Shown one piece after another: positions 61,531 through 64,000 of a DNA stretch of 64,000 bases. The stretch comes from Hamiltosporidium tvaerminnensis FI-OER-3-3. Taxonomy: Eukaryota > Fungi > Microsporidia. The DNA is taken from the NCBI GenBank assembly GCA_022605425.2, contig JAKIMF020000001.1, positions 1,054,001-1,118,000 of the forward strand, written 5' to 3'. Position 1 is the stretch's first letter; each line of letters starts with the position of its first letter. The notes beneath the pieces are model-generated. The model ran no database searches. It was given only the letters and a program-made list of their open reading frames with translations, and was not told the origin of the DNA. Position numbers and translations under genes: made by a program.

Positions 61531-62652
61531 ATGTCAGTTGTTTCACGAGAAGAAGAATATAATATATTAAAAGATTACATAACAGATTTTATAAAATCTG
61601 GAATAGGAAAATCGATATATGTTAGTGGTGTTCCGGGATCAGGAAAAACATATACGGTTACAAAGTTATTAAAAAATATAAAACAGAAAAATGTGTTTGA
61701 ATATCTTTATATTAATTGTGGACATTTAAAAACCAAAAATAGCATTTATTTAAATATTTTACGAAATACAAGTTGTATGAAATTAAATCAAAAACAAGGT
61801 TTTTTAAAAACATTACAAACACACTTTTTATCCTGCAAAAAACACCATATTATGGTTTTAGATGAAATAGATTTATTAATAACTCCAAAACAAGAACTAT
61901 TGTATAATATATTTGATTTACCGTATATTGAAAGCAAAAATATGTCATCAAAATTATTAATTATTGTTATAGCAAATACGTTAAATCTACCTGAGAAATT
62001 ATTTGAAGCCAAAGTTAATAGTAGATTGGGTACGGATAGAATATATTTTAAACCTTATACACACGAAAAAATAAATAAAATAATTGAATCTAAAATAATT
62101 TTAGATAAGAAAATTAAATCGTTAGATTCAAAAAGGAAATTTGAAAAAAATTCTATTGATTTATTGAGTAAGAGAATTAGTGCAGTGAGTGGGGATATTA
62201 GAAAAGTAGAACACATTTTAGATCAGATTAATTCTGAAACCAATCAAGATATTGTAAAAAAAAGTACAAAACGATTAAAATCTATCAAAGCCAAATCCGA
62301 ATTGATAACAATTTTTGATGTAGATAATACAATGAAATCTATGTATAACCCATTGTATTATAAATATTTAGAGAATTTAAATTTATATTCAAAAATTTTA
62401 CTTTTTTGTTTTCAAGATTCTGATATTCTTAGTAAAAATATTTTATTTGAAAAGTTCGATTTAAAATTTAAAATTCTAAATTTAGATAGAATTTCGTACT
62501 TTGAATTTCTAAATTTAATAGATTTTTTAATAAGTATTGGCATTTTAGAAGAATATTGTTCTAAATTAAGACTTAAGTTATTATATCCAGAAATAGAAAT
62601 ATTTTATATGAATGATAAAGAATTCAAGAAAATAAAAACCAATAAAATATAA
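61531..62652 (+). CDS. ORC1: Origin recognition complex subunit 1 (Orc1/Cdc6 AAA+), 373 aa
   Basis: YVSGVPGSGKT (Walker A), LDEIDLL (Walker B), IANTLNLPE, SRLG, SGDIRK. CCC-ATG. Confidence 0.88.
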   Translation: MSVVSREEEYNILKDYITDFIKSGIGKSIYVSGVPGSGKTYTVTKLLKNIKQKNVFEYLYINCGHLKTKNSIYLNILRNTSCMKLNQKQGFLKTLQTHFLSCKKHHIMVLDEIDLLITPKQELLYNIFDLPYIESKNMSSKLLIIVIANTLNLPEKLFEAKVNSRLGTDRIYFKPYTHEKINKIIESKIILDKKIKSLDSKRKFEKNSIDLLSKRISAVSGDIRKVEHILDQINSETNQDIVKKSTKRLKSIKAKSELITIFDVDNTMKSMYNPLYYKYLENLNLYSKILLFCFQDSDILSKNILFEKFDLKFKILNLDRISYFEFLNLIDFLISIGILEEYCSKLRLKLLYPEIEIFYMNDKEFKKIKTNKI

Positions 62653-62883
62653 TTATTGATATATAATCATTGATATTAAAATATATTTAACATTTCTTTG
62701 AACTTTGGTACGTTTTTAGATATAAATTAAATCAACAGTAATTTTTATTATCGAATTTCTTATAAAAACTTACTTTTATTAAAAATGCTAAAATTGTTAG
62801 TCGATGAAATATTTTTAACATTTGTATTTTCCTTAAAACCGGTAAAAAAAAATAATTTTTATTTCATTTTATAATTTGATTCG

Positions 62884-63726
62884 CTATTCTAAAATTTCAA
62901 TATCATTTAACGAAATTTTATCTTTAAAATATTCAAGAATAGTTTCTTTGGTTTTTTTAAAATTTTCATAATTTCCTGAAATCACAAGCGCTCTTCTTGT
63001 ATCATTTGTAGAAATATATGTTGGTTCAATAAATATTTTAGAAGGTACTTTGACCTGTAAAATTTTAAATTCTTCAGCTTTTCTTGCTAATAAATATAAA
63101 GCCATTTTTTCTGGAATTATAATTTTATATGAATTCTGCTTTTGTGATGAAAAGGAAAAATAAATATTTGATAAAATCATTTCTTTGGCTTGAAAACAAT
63201 TTTCTTCATTTCCTGTAATAACTATAATCTTATTTTCTGTATCGGAAGCTTTAGATAAAATAATTTTTGTGGATGTATTTTTTTGTATCTCGTTTAACGC
63301 ATTTCCATTTTTACCTGTAATATATCCCCATTTCTCACGAGATACAACTATTTCTAAAGTTTTTTCCACCCCAAAATTATATTTTTCAACATTTCTTTTA
63401 AACAATTCTTCAATTGTCTTTCTGATATTATATTTGGTTCCTTTGATAGCAACAACAATGATTTCTACATCTTCATCTAAAATAATCACTTCAGTATTGA
63501 AATCTTCAGATATTTTATAAATATTACGAGCTTCTATCTTTCTTAATACAATATGTTCTTCTACAATAATATCTGGTATAAGAAATTCGTTCAAATTCGT
63601 TGATCTATATTTGTCTTCATCATTGTAAAAAATATTTTTATCCAATTTAAAATTTACATATTTGTTGTACTTCCCATGTAAATTTTGAATAAATAAATTT
63701 TTTGAAAGCTTTTCTGGTGATTTCAT
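62884..63726 (-). CDS. KH-domain RNA-binding protein, 280 aa
   Basis: WGYITGKNGNALNEIQKNTSTKIIL..IIVITG (KH with GxxG) plus a second degenerate KH. CCC lies 7 nt before the ATG. Confidence 0.8.
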   Translation of the reverse strand: MKSPEKLSKNLFIQNLHGKYNKYVNFKLDKNIFYNDEDKYRSTNLNEFLIPDIIVEEHIVLRKIEARNIYKISEDFNTEVIILDEDVEIIVVAIKGTKYNIRKTIEELFKRNVEKYNFGVEKTLEIVVSREKWGYITGKNGNALNEIQKNTSTKIILSKASDTENKIIVITGNEENCFQAKEMILSNIYFSFSSQKQNSYKIIIPEKMALYLLARKAEEFKILQVKVPSKIFIEPTYISTNDTRRALVISGNYENFKKTKETILEYFKDKISLNDIEILE

Positions 63727-63839
63727 CTTTATAGGGAGAAATTATTAATTAAATGTCGAAATATATTTTTTTATAAAAAAAATACAAAGAAAGTAACCTA
63801 TAAATAAATTTTTATATATTCATTATTAATAATTTGCAT

Positions 63840-64000
63840 AAATAAGAAATCAAACACAATTAGAATTATCGAGTTCGTAATTATTTTACAAGATTCACTT
63901 CAAAGTGTTAAAACTCAAAACCGAAGAATTACGATATATTAGCCAATGAGTTAGGTCTTATTTATAAATGTGGTGTTGAGATAATTCCTTATGTATGACC
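63840..64000 (+). mobile_element. RLE non-LTR retrotransposon fragment running off the window end
   Basis: Translates to IRIIE..LQDSLQ and ILANELGLIYKCGVEIIPYV, matching 38047-38380. Confidence 0.8.

Overview
Very AT-rich, gene-sparse eukaryotic DNA. Intronless compact genes with a CCC motif just upstream of the ATG, separated by decayed transposons, point to a large-genome microsporidian (Hamiltosporidium-like; inference). Protein genes: a TPR protein, two lineage-specific ORFs, a fragmented lineage-specific gene, GCN5 (split into two frames), M17 leucine aminopeptidase, a Ste12/SteA-like C2H2 factor, SMC5, PNKP/Tpp1-like phosphatase, ORC1 and a KH protein. The intergenic DNA holds many relics of one restriction-like-endonuclease (RLE) non-LTR retrotransposon family, a Ginger-type DNA transposon with intact TIRs and TSD, other TE relics and tandem repeats. 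Main discoveries: (1) three dispersed 72-79 nt hairpin units (GTAATCT...AGATTAYCGTTTT, minus strand) with compensatory base changes, each carrying the same CCACAAT element 52-56 nt upstream as the U6 gene in this window. These are a candidate unrecognised family of U6-promoter-type (Pol III) hairpin RNAs, each flanked by converging retrotransposon tails. (2) A U6 snRNA whose ACAGAGA box reads ACUGAGA. (3) An RLE retrotransposon with a 12-bp TSD inserted just upstream of that U6 promoter element. (4) GCN5 broken at a CCC-UGA +1 shifty-stop site. All alignments and folds were done by eye; no searches were run.
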